Positions 1 through 12,320 of a stretch of 64,000 bases of DNA are shown piece by piece. Numbering within the stretch: position 1 is the stretch's first letter; every line of letters begins with the position of its first letter. The notes under the pieces were generated by a model. That model did no database searches. It was given only the letters and a program-made list of their open reading frames with translations, and had not been told where the DNA came from. Both the position numbers and the translations under genes were made by a program. Origin of the DNA: Auanema rhodensis (Eukaryota; Animalia; Nematoda); NCBI GenBank assembly GCA_964057225.1, contig CAXKVF010000077.1:828513-892512 (forward strand). Direction: 5' to 3'.

Positions 1-176
1 TCACGTGAAGCGAGTTACATACCAAGTGCACATCACGTGTACATTTAATTAGCATAAATTAAAGTTCACGTAAATTTCAAAGTCATGGTTACCATGCACC
101 AATATCAATAAAAATTTGTTTTTAGACTAATATGGACATGGGGAATCTAATTTTGAAAACCGCATCTCTTTATCTT
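1..176 (+). repeat. Reference monomer, 176 bp (phase arbitrary, set by window start)
   Basis: Bases 1-176 are followed directly by a near-identical copy at 177-352, differing at monomer positions 97 and 143. Confidence 0.98.
83..97. repeat. Short inverted repeat (T)CATGGT-T-ACCATG(A) in each monomer
   Basis: Arms 84-89 and 91-96 are reverse complements around a 1-nt centre. The arms extend to 7 bp in monomers carrying A at position 97. Confidence 0.9.
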
Positions 177-191
177 TCACGTGAAGCGAGT
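175..191 (+). other. Degenerate CENP-B-box-like motif TTTCACGTGAAGCGAGT overlapping the perfect 10-bp palindrome TTCACGTGAA (present in nearly every monomer)
   Basis: Manual alignment to the mammalian CENP-B box YTTCGTTGGAARCGGGA gives 11/17 matches and 7/9 core positions (TTCa-nnnn-A-nn-CGaG). The two mismatches are in core positions, so function is unproven. Confidence 0.3.
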
Positions 192-3100
192 TACATACCA
201 AGTGCACATCACGTGTACATTTAATTAGCATAAATTAAAGTTCACGTAAATTTCAAAGTCATGGTTACCATGAACCAATATCAATAAAAATTTGTTTTTA
301 GACTAATATGGACATGGGAAATCTAATTTTGAAAACCGCATCTCTTTATCTTTCACGTGAAGCGAATTACATACCAAGTGCACATCACGTGTACATTTAA
401 TTAGCATAAATTAAAGTTCACGTAAATTTCAAAGTCATGGTTACCATGAACCAATATCAATAAAAATTTGTTTTTAGACTAATATGGACATGGGGAATCT
501 AATTTTGAAAACCGCATCTCTTTATCTTTCACGTGAAGCGAGTTACATACCAAGTGCACATCACGTGTACATTTAATTAGCATAAATTAAAGTTCACGTA
601 AATTTCAAAGTCATGGTTACCATGCACCAATATCAATAAAAATTTGTTTTTAGACTAATATGGACATGGGGAATATAATTTTGAAAACCGCATCTCTTTA
701 TCTTTCACGTGAAGCGAATTACATACCAAGTGCACATCACGTGTACATTTAATTAGCATAAATTAAAGTTCACGTAAATTTCAAAGTCATGGTTACCATG
801 AACCAATATCAATAAAAATTTGTTTTTAGACTAATATGGACATGGGGAATCTAATTTTGAAAACCGCATCTCTTTATCTTTCACGTGAAGCGAGTTACAT
901 ACCAAGTGCACATCACGTGTACATTTAATTAGCATAAATTAAAGTTCACGTAAATTTCAAAGTCATGGTTACCATGCACCAATATCAATAAAAATTTGTT
1001 TTTAGACTAATATGGACATGGGGAATCTAATTTTGAAAACCGCATCTCTTTATCTTTCACGTGAAGCGAGTTACATACCAAGTGCACATCACGTGTACAT
1101 TTAATTAGCATAAATTAAAGTTCACGTAAATTTCAAAGTCATGGTTACCATGCACCAATATCAATAAAAATTTGTTTTTAGACTAATATGGACATGGGGA
1201 ATCTAATTTTGAAAACCGCATCTCTTTATCTTTCACGTGAAGCGAGTTACATACCAAGTGCACATCACGTGTACATTTAATTAGCATAAATTAAAGTTCA
1301 CGTAAATTTCAAAGTCATGGTTACCATGAACCAATATCAATAAAAATTTGTTTTTAAACTAATATGGACATGGGGAATCTAATTTTGAAAACCGCATCTC
1401 TTTATCTTTCACGTGAAGCGAGTTACATACCAAGTGCACATCACGTGTACATTTAATTAGCATAAATTAAAGTTCACGTAAATTTCAAAGTCATGGTTAC
1501 CATGCACCAATATCAATAAAAATTTGTTTTTAGACTAATATGGACATGGGGAATCTAATTTTGAAAACCGCATCTCTTTATCTTTTACGTGAAGCGAGTT
1601 ACATACCAAGTGCACATCACGTGTACATTTAATTAGCATAAATTAAAGTTCACGTAAATTTCAAAGTCATGGTTACCATGAACCAATATCAATAAAAATT
1701 TGTTTTTAGACTAATATGGACATGGGGAATCTAATTTTGAAAACCGCATCTCTTTATCTTTCACGTGAAGCGAGTTACATACCAAGTGCACATCACGTGT
1801 ACATTTAATTAGCATAAATTAAAGTTCACGTAAATTTCAAAGTCATGGTTACCATGAACCAATATCAATAAAAATTTGTTTTTAGACTAATATGGACATG
1901 GGGAATCTAATTTTGAAAACCGCATCTCTTTATCTTTCACGTGAAGCAAGTTACATACCAAGTGCACATCACGTGTACATTTAATTAGCATAAATTAAAG
2001 TTCACGTAAATTTCAAAGTCATGGTTACCATGAAGCAATATCAATAAAAATTTGTTTTTAGACTAATATGGACATGGGGAATCTAATTTTGAAAACCGCA
2101 TCTTTTTATCTTTCACGTGAAGCGAATTACATACCAAGTGCACATCACGTGTACATTTAATTAGCATAAATTAAAGTTCACGTAAATTTCAAAGTCATGG
2201 TTACCATGAACCAATATCAATAAAAATTTGTTTTTAGACTAATATGGACATGGGGAATCTAATTTTGAAAACCGCATCTCTTTATCTTTCACGTGAAGCG
2301 AGTTACATACCAAGTGCACATCACGTGTACATTTAATTAGCATAAATTAAAGTTCACGTAAATTTCAAAGTCATGGTTACCATGCACCAATATCAATAAA
2401 AATTTGTTTTTAGACTAATATGGACATGGGGAATCTAATTTTGAAAACCGCATCTCTTTATCTTTCACGTGAAGCGAGTTACATACCAAGTGCACATCAC
2501 GTGTACATTTAATTAGCATAAATTAAAGTTCACGTAAATTTCAAAGTCATGGTTACCATGAACCAATATCAATAAAAATTTGTTTTTAAACTAATATGGA
2601 CATGGGGAATCTAATTTTGAAAACCGCATCTCTTTATCTTTCACGTGAAGCGAGTTACATACCAAGTGCACATCACGTGTACATTTAATTAGCATAAATT
2701 AAAGTTCACGTAAATTTCAAAGTCATGGTTACCATGCACCAATATCAATAAAAATTTGTTTTTAGACTAATATGGACATGGGGAATCTAATTTTGAAAAC
2801 CGCATCTCTTTATCTTTTACGTGAAGCGAGTTACATACCAAGTGCACATCACGTGTACATTTAATTAGCATAAATTAAAGTTCACGTAAATTTCAAAGTC
2901 ATGGTTACCATGAACCAATATCAATAAAAATTTGTTTTTAGACTAATATGGACATGGGGAATCTAATTTTGAAAACCGCATCTCTTTATCTTTCACGTGA
3001 AGCGAGTTACATACCAAGTGCACATCACGTGTACATTTAATTACCATAAATTAAAGTTCACGTAAATTTCAAAGTCATGGTTACCATGAACCAATATCAA

Positions 3101-4928
3101 TAAAAATTTGTTTTTAGACTAATATGGACATGGGGAATCTAATTTTGAAAACCGCATCTCTTTATCTTTCACGTGAAGCGAGTTACATACCAAGTGCACA
3201 TCACGTGTACATTTAATTAGCATAAATTAAAGTTCACGTAAATTTCAAAGTCATGGTTACCATGAACCAATATCAATAAAAATTTGTTTTTAGACTAATA
3301 TGGACATGGGGAATCTAATTTTGAAAACCGCATCTCTTTATCTTTCACGTGAAGCGAGTTACATACCAAGTGCACATCACGTGTACATTTAATTAGCATA
3401 AATTAAAGTTCACGTAAATTTCAAAGTCATGGTTACCATGAAGCAATATCAATAAAAATTTGTTTTTAGACTAATATGGACATGGGGAATCTAATTTTGA
3501 AAACCGCATCTCTTTATCTTTCACGTGAAGCGAGTTACATACCAAGTGCACATCACGTGTACATTTAATTAGCATAAATTAAAGTTCACGTAAATTTCAA
3601 AGTCATGGTTACCATGAAGCAATATCAATAAAAATTTGTTTTTAGACTAATATGGACATGGGGAATCTAAGTTTGAAAACCGCATCTCTTTATCTTTCAC
3701 GTGAAGCGAGTTACATACCAAGTGCACATCACGTGTACATTTAATTAGCATAAATTAAAGTTCACGTAAATTTCAAAGTCATGGTTACCATGAACCAATA
3801 TCAATAAAAATTTGTTTTTAGACTAATATGGACATGGGGAATCTAATTTTGAAAACCGCATCTCTTTATCTTTCACGTGAAGCGAGTTACATACCAAGTG
3901 CACATCACGTGTACATTTAATTAGCATAAATTAAAGTTCACGTAAATTTCAAAGTCATGGTTACCATGCACCAATATCAATAAAAATTTGTTTTTAGACT
4001 AATATGGACATGGGGAATCTAATTTTGAAAACCGCATCTCTTTATCTTTCACGTGAAGCGAGTTACATACCAAGTGCACATCACGTGTACATTTAATTAG
4101 CATAAATTAAAGTTCACGTAAATTTCAAAGTCATGGTTACCATGCACCAATATCAATAAAAATTTGTTTTTAGACTAATATGGACATGGGGAATCTAATT
4201 TTGAAAACCGCATCTCTTTATCTTTCACGTGAAGCGAGTTACATACCAAGTGCACATCACGTGTACATTTAATTAGCATAAATTAAAGTTCACGTAAATT
4301 TCAAAGTCATGGTTACCATGAACCAATATCAATAAAAATTTGTTTTTAGACTAATATGGACATGGGGAATCTAATTTTGAAAACCGCATCTCTTTATCTT
4401 TCACGTGAAGCGAGTTACATACCAAGTGCACATCACGTGTACATTTAATTAGCATAAATTAAAGTTCACGTAAATTTCAAAGTCATGGTTACCATGCACC
4501 AATATCAATAAAAATTTGTTTTTAGACTAATATGGACATGGGGAATCTAATTTTGAAAACCGCATCTCTTTATCTTTCACGTGAAGCGAGTTACATACCA
4601 AGTGCACATCACGTGTACATTTAATTAGCATAAATTAAAGTTCACGTAAATTTCAAAGTCATGGTTACCATGAACCAATATCAATAAAAATTTGTTTTTA
4701 GACTAATATGGACATGGGGAATCTAATTTTGAAAACCGCATCTCTTTATCTTTCACGTGAAGCGAGTTACATACCAAGTGCACATCACGTGTACATTTAA
4801 TTAGCATAAATTAAAGTTCACGTAAATTTCAAAGTCATGGTTACCATGCACCAATATCAATAAAAATTTGTTTTTAGACTAATATGGACATGGGGAATCT
4901 AATTTTGAAAACCGCATCTCTTTATCTT

Positions 4929-7216
4929 TCACGTGAAGCAAGTTACATACCAAGTGCACATCACGTGTACATTTAATTAGCATAAATTAAAGTTCACGTA
5001 AATTTCAAAGTCATGGTTACCATGAAGCAATATCAATAAAAATTTGTTTTTAGACTAATATGGACATGGGGAATCTAATTTTGAAAACCGCATCTCTTTA
5101 TCTTTCACGTGAAGCGAATTACATACCAAGTGCACATCACGTGTACATTTAATTAGCATAAATTAAAGTTCACGTAAATTTCAAAGTCATGGTTACCATG
5201 AACCAATATCAATAAAAATTTGTTTTTAGACTAATATGGACATGGGGAATCTAATTTTGAAAACCGCATCTCTTTATCTTTCACGTGAAGCGAGTTACAT
5301 ACCAAGTGCACATCACGTGTACATTTAATTAGCATAAATTAAAGTTCACGTAAATTTCAAAGTCATGGTTACCATGCACCAATATCAATAAAAATTTGTT
5401 TTTAGACTAATATGGACATGAGGAATCTAATTTTGAAAACCGCATCTCTTTATCTTTCACGTGAAGCGAGTTACATACCAAGTGCACATCACGTGCACAT
5501 TTAATTAGCATAAATTAAAGTTCACGTAAATTTCAAAGTCATGGTTACCATGAACCAATATCAATAAAAATTTGTTTTTAGACTAATATGGACATGGGGA
5601 ATCTAAGTTTGAAAACCGCATCTCTTTATCTTTCACGTGAAGCGAGTTACATACCAAGTGCACATCACGTGTACATTTAATTAGCATAAATTAAAGTTCA
5701 CGTAAATTTCAAAGTCATGGTTACCATGCACCAATATCAATAAAAATTTGTTTTTAGACTAATATGGACATGGGGAATCTAATTTTGAAAACCGCATCTC
5801 TTTATCTTTCACGTGAAGCGAGTTACATACCAAGTGCACATCACGTGTACATTTAATTAGCATAAATTAAAGTTCACGTAAATTTCAAAGTCATGGTTAC
5901 CATGAACCAATATCAATAAAAATTTGTTTTTAGACTAATATGGACATGGGGAATCTAATTTTGAAAACCGCATCTCTTTATCTTTCACGTGAAGCGAGTT
6001 ACATACCAAGTGCACATCACGTGTACATTTAATTAGCATAAATTAAAGTTCACGTAAATTTCAAAGTCATGGTTACCATGCACCAATATCAATAAAAATT
6101 TGTTTTTAGACTAATATGGAAATGGGGAATCTAATTTTGAAAACCGCATCTCTTTATCTTTCACGTGAAGCGAGTTACATACCAAGTGCACATCACGTGT
6201 ACATTTAATTAGCATAAATTAAAGTTCACGTAAATTTCAAAGTCATGGTTACCATGAACCAATATCAATAAAAATTTGTTTTTAGACTAATATGGACATG
6301 GGGAATCTAATTTTGAAAACCGCATCTCTTTATCTTTCACGTGAAGCGAGTTACATACCAAGTGCACATCACGTGTACATTTAATTAGCATAAATTAAAG
6401 TTCACGTAAATTTCAAAGTCATGGTTACCATGCACCAATATCAATAAAAATTTGTTTTTAGACTAATATGGACATGGGGAATCTAATTTTGAAAACCGCA
6501 TCTCTTTATCTTTCACGTGAAGCAAGTTACATACCAAGTGCACATCACGTGTACATTTAATTAGCATAAATTAAAGTTCACGTAAATTTCAAAGTCATGG
6601 TTACCATGAAGCAATATCAATAAAAATTTGTTTTTAGACTAATATGGACATGGGGAATCTAATTTTGAAAACCGCATCTCTTTATCTTTCACGTGAAGCG
6701 AATTACATACCAAGTGCACATCACGTGTACATTTAATTAGCATAAATTAAAGTTCACGTAAATTTCAAAGTCATGGTTACCATGAACCAATATCAATAAA
6801 AATTTGTTTTTAGACTAATATGGACATGGGGAATCTAATTTTGAAAACCGCATCTCTTTATCTTTCACGTGAAGCGAGTTACATACCAAGTGCACATCAC
6901 GTGTACATTTAATTAGCATAAATTAAAGTTCACGTAAATTTCAAAGTCATGGTTACCATGCACCAATATCAATAAAAATTTGTTTTTAGACTAATATGGA
7001 CATGAGGAATCTAATTTTGAAAACCGCATCTCTTTATCTTTCACGTGAAGCGAGTTACATACCAAGTGCACATCACGTGCACATTTAATTAGCATAAATT
7101 AAAGTTCACGTAAATTTCAAAGTCATGGTTACCATGAACCAATATCAATAAAAATTTGTTTTTAGACTAATATGGACATGGGGAATCTAATTTTGAAAAC
7201 CGCATCTCTTTATCTT
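4929..7216 (+). repeat. Duplicated monomer block at 9-monomer (1584-bp) offset
   Basis: Private variants pair at 4940/6524 (GAAGCAAG), 5421/7005 (CATGAGG) and 5496/7080 (CGTGCAC). Confidence 0.85.
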
Positions 7217-10200
7217 TCACGTGAAGCGAGTTACATACCAAGTGCACATCACGTGTACATTTGATTAGCATAAATTAAAGTTCACGTAAATTTCAAAGTC
7301 ATGGTTACCATGAAGCAATATCAATAAAAATTTGTTTTTAGACTAATATTGACATGGGGAATCTAATTTTGAAAACCGCATCTCTTTATCTTTCACGTGA
7401 AGCGAGTTACATATCAAGTGCACATCACGTGTACATTTAATTAGCATAAATTAAAGTTCACGTAAATTTCAAAGTCATGGTTACCATGAACCAATATCAA
7501 TAAAAATTTGTTTTTAGACTAATATGGACATGGGGAATCTAATTTTGAAAACCGCATCTCTTTATCTTTCACGTGAAGCGAGTTACATACCAAGTGCACA
7601 TCACGTGTACATTTAATTAGCATAAATTAAAGTTCACGTAAATTTCAAAGTCATGGTTACCATGCACCAATATCAATAAAAATTTGTTTTTAGACTAATA
7701 TGGACATGGGGAATCTAAGTTTGAAAACCGCATCTCTTTATCTTTCACGTGAAGCGAGTTACATACCAAGTGCACATCACGTGTACATTTAATTAGCATA
7801 AATTAAAGTTCACGTAAATTTCAAAGTCATGGTTACCATGCACCAATATCAATAAAAATTTGTTTTTAGACTAATATGGACATGGGGAATCTAATTTTGA
7901 AAACCGCATCTCTTTATCTTTCACGTGAAGCGAGTTACATACCAAGTGCACATCACGTGTACATTTAATTAGCATAAATTAAAGTTCACGTAAATTTCAA
8001 AGTCATGGTTACCATGAACCAATATCAATAAAAATTTGTTTTTAGACTAATATGGACATGGGGAATCTAATTTTGAAAACCGCATCTCTTTATCTTTCAC
8101 GTGAAGCGAGTTACATACCAAGTGCACATCACGTGTACATTTAATTAGCATAAATTAAAGTTCACGTAAATTTCAAAGTCATGGTTACCATGCACCAATA
8201 TCAATAAAAATTTGTTTTTAGACTAATATGGACATGGGGAATCTAATTTTGAAAACCGCATCTCTTTATCTTTCACGTGAAGCGAGTTACATACCAAGTG
8301 CACATCACGTGTACATTTAATTAGCATAAATTAAAGTTCACGTAAATTTCAAAGTCATGGTTACCATGCACCAATATCAATAAAAATTTGTTTTTAGACT
8401 AATATGGACATGGGGAATCTAATTTTGAAAACCGCATCTCTTTATCTTTCACGTGAAGCGAGTTACATACCAAGTGCACATCACGTGTACATTTAATTAG
8501 CATAAATTAAAGTTCACGTAAATTTCAAAGTCATGGTTACCATGAACCAATATCAATAAAAATTTGTTTTTAGACTAATATGGACATGGGGAATCTAATT
8601 TTGAAAACCGCATCTCTTTATCTTTCACGTGAAGCGAGTTACATACCAAGTGCACATCACGTGTACATTTAATTAGCATAAATTAAAGTTCACATAAATT
8701 TCAAAGTCATGGTTACCATGAAGCAATATCAATAAAAATTTGTTTTTAGACTAATATGGACATGAGGAATCTAATTTTGAAAACCGCATCTCTATATCTT
8801 TCACGTGAAGCGAGTTACATACCAAGTGCACATCACGTGTACATTTAATTAGCATAAATTAAAGTTCACGTAAATTTCAAAGTCATGGTTACCATGAACC
8901 AATATCAATAAAAAATTTTTTTTAGACTAATATGGACATGGGGAATCTAATTTTGAAAACCGCATCTCTTTATCTTTCACGTGAAGCGAGTTACATACCA
9001 AGTGCACATCACGTGTACATTTAATTAGCATAAATTAAAGTTCACGTAAATTTCAAAGTCATGGTTACCATGAACCAATATCAATAAAAATTTGTTTTTA
9101 GACTAATATGGACATGGGGAATCTAATTTTGAAAACCGCATCTCTTTATCTTTCACTTGAAGCGAGTTACATACCAAGTGCACATCACGTGTACATTTAA
9201 TTAGCATAAATTAAAGTTCACGTAAATTTCAAAGTCATGGTTACCATGAACCAATATCAATAAAAATTTGTTTTTAGACTAATATGGACATGGGGAATCT
9301 AATTTTGAAAACCGCATCTCTTTATCTTTCACGTGAAGCGAGTTACATACCAAGTGCACATCACGTGTACATTTAATTAGCATAAATTAAAGTTCACGTA
9401 AATTTCAAAGTCATGGTTACCATGAAGCAATATCAATACAAATTTGTTTTTAGACTAATATGGACATGGGGAATCTAATTTTGAAAACCGCATCTCTTTA
9501 TCTTTCACGTGAAGCGAGTTACATACCAAGTGCACATCACGTGTACATTTAATTAGCATAAATTAAAGTTCACGTAAATTTCAAAGTCATGGTTACCATG
9601 AACCAATATCAATAAAAATTTGTTTTTAGACTAATATGGACATGGGGAATCTAATTTTGAAAACCGCATCTCTTTATCTTTCACGTGAAGCGAGTTACAT
9701 ACCAAGTGCACATCACGTGTACATTTAATTAGCATAAATTAAAGTTCACGTAAATTTCAAAGTCATGGTTACCATGAACCAATATCAATAAAAATTTGTT
9801 TTTAGACTAATATGGACATGGGGAATCTAATTTTGAAAACCGCATCTCTTTATCTTTCACGTGAAGCGAGTTACATACCAAGTGCACATCACGTGTACAT
9901 TTAATTAGCATAAATTAAAGTTCACGTAAATTTCAAAGTCATGGTTACCATGAAGCAATATCAATAAAAATTTGTTTTTAGACTAATATGGACATGGGGA
10001 ATCTAATTTTGAAAACCGCATCTCTTTATCTTTCACGTGAAGCGAGTTACATACCAAGTGCACATCACGTGTACATTTAATTAGCATAAATTAAAGTTCA
10101 CGTAAATTTCAAAGTCATGGTTACCATGCACCAATATCAATAAAAATTTGTTTTTAGACTAATATGGACATGGGGAATCTAATTTTGAAAACCGCATCTC

Positions 10201-12320
10201 TTTATCTTTCACGTGAAGCGAGTTACATACCAAGTGCACATCACGTGTACATTTAATTAGCATAAATTAAAGTTCACGTAAATTTCAAAGTCATGGTTAC
10301 CATGAACCAATATCAATAAAAATTTGTTTTTAGACTAATATGGACATGGGGAATCTAATTTTGAAAACCGCATCTCTTTATCTTTCACGTGAAGCGAGTT
10401 ACATACCAAGTGCACATCACGTGTACATTTAATTAGCATAAATTAAAGTTCACGTAAATTTCAAAGTCATGGTTACCATGAACCAATATCAATAAAAATT
10501 TGTTTTTAGACTAATATGGACATGGGGAATCTAATTTTGAAAACCGCATCTCTTTATCTTTCACGTGAAGCGAGTTACATACCAAGTGCACATCACGTGT
10601 ACATTTAATTAGCATAAATTAAAGTTCACGTAAATTTCAAAGTCATGGTTACCATGAACCAATATCAATAAAAATTTGTTTTTAGACTAATATGGACATG
10701 GGGAATCTAATTTTAAAAACCGCATCTCTTTATCTTTCACGTGAAGCGAGTTACATACCAAGTGCACATCACGTGTACATTTAATTAGCATAAATTAAAG
10801 TTCACGTAAATTTCAAAGTCATGGTTACCATGAACCAATATCAATAAAAATTTGTTTTTAGACTAATATGGACATGGGGAATCTAATTTTGAAAACCGCA
10901 TCTCTTTATCTTTCACGTGAAGCGAGTTACATACCAAGTGCACATCACGTGTACATTTAATTAGCATAAATTAAAGTTCACGTAAATTTCAAAGTCATGG
11001 TTACCATGAAGCAATATCAATACAAATTTGTTTTTAGACTAATATGGACATGGGGAATCTAATTTTGAAAACCGCATCTCTTTATCTTTCACGTGAAGCG
11101 AGTTACATACCAAGTGCACATCACGTGTACATTTAATTAGCATAAATTAAAGTTCACGTAAATTTCAAAGTCATGGTTACCATGCACCAATATCAATAAA
11201 AATTTGTTTTTAGACTAATATGGACATGGGGAATCTAATTTTGAAAACCGCATCTCTTTATCTTTCACGTGAAGCGAGTTACATACCAAGTGCACATCAC
11301 GTGTACATTTAATTAGCATAAATTAAAGTTCACGTAAATTTCAAAGTCATGGTTACCATGCACCAATATCAATAAAAATTTGTTTTTAGACTAATATGGA
11401 CATGGGGAATCTAATTTTGAAAACCGCATCTCTTTATCTTTCACGTGAAGCGAGTTACATACCAAGTGCACATCACGTGTACATTTAATTAGCATAAATT
11501 AAAGTTCACGTAAATTTCAAAGTCATGGTTACCATGAACCAATATCAATAAAAATTTGTTTTTAGACTAATATGGACATGGGGAATCTAATTTTGAAAAC
11601 CGCATCTCTTTATCTTTCACGTGAAGCGAGTTACATACCAAGTGCACATCACGTGTACATTTAATTAGCATAAATTAAAGTTCACATAAATTTCAAAGTC
11701 ATGGTTACCATGAAGCAATATCAATAAAAATTTGTTTTTAGACTAATATGGACATGGGGAATCTAATTTTGAAAACCGCATCTCTATATCTTTCACGTGA
11801 AGCGAGTTACATACCAAGTGCACATCACGTGTACATTTAATTAGCATAAATTAAAGTTCACGTAAATTTCAAAGTCATGGTTACCATGAACCAATATCAA
11901 TAAAAATTTGTTTTTAGACTAATATGGACATGGGGAATCTAATTTTGAAAACCGCATCTCTTTATCTTTCACGTGAAGCGAGTTACATACCAAGTGCACA
12001 TCACGTGTACATTTAATTAGCATAAATTAAAGTTCACGTAAATTTCAAAGTCATGGTTACCATGCACCAATATCAATAAAAATTTGTTTTTAGACTAATA
12101 TGGACATGGGGAATCTAATTTTGAAAACCGCATCTCTTTATCTTTCACGTGAAGCGAGTTACATACCAAGTGCACATCACGTGTACATTTAATTAGCATA
12201 AATTAAAGTTCACGTAAATTTCAAAGTCATGGTTAACATGAACCAATATCAATAAAAATTTGTTTTTAGACTAATATGGACATGGGGAATCTAATTTTAA
12301 AAACCGCATCTCTTTATCTT

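Noticed and set aside
107-112. AATAAA polyadenylation signal in each monomer
   Set aside because: Expected by chance at 68% AT, and there is no transcript context.
1-176. Assignment to known ~171-178-bp satellites (honeybee AluI 176 bp, Brassica CentBr/HindIII family, Arabidopsis CEN178, primate alpha satellite)
   Set aside because: Only the length is similar. The consensus has no AGCT or AAGCTT site and I recognise no sequence similarity. A database search is needed.
1-176. Tandem RNA gene array (5S rRNA, tRNA, snRNA or spliced leader)
   Set aside because: I see no recognisable 5S or tRNA sequence, A/B/C boxes or cloverleaf. The T5 run and the AATTTTG-like stretch are expected in AT-rich DNA.
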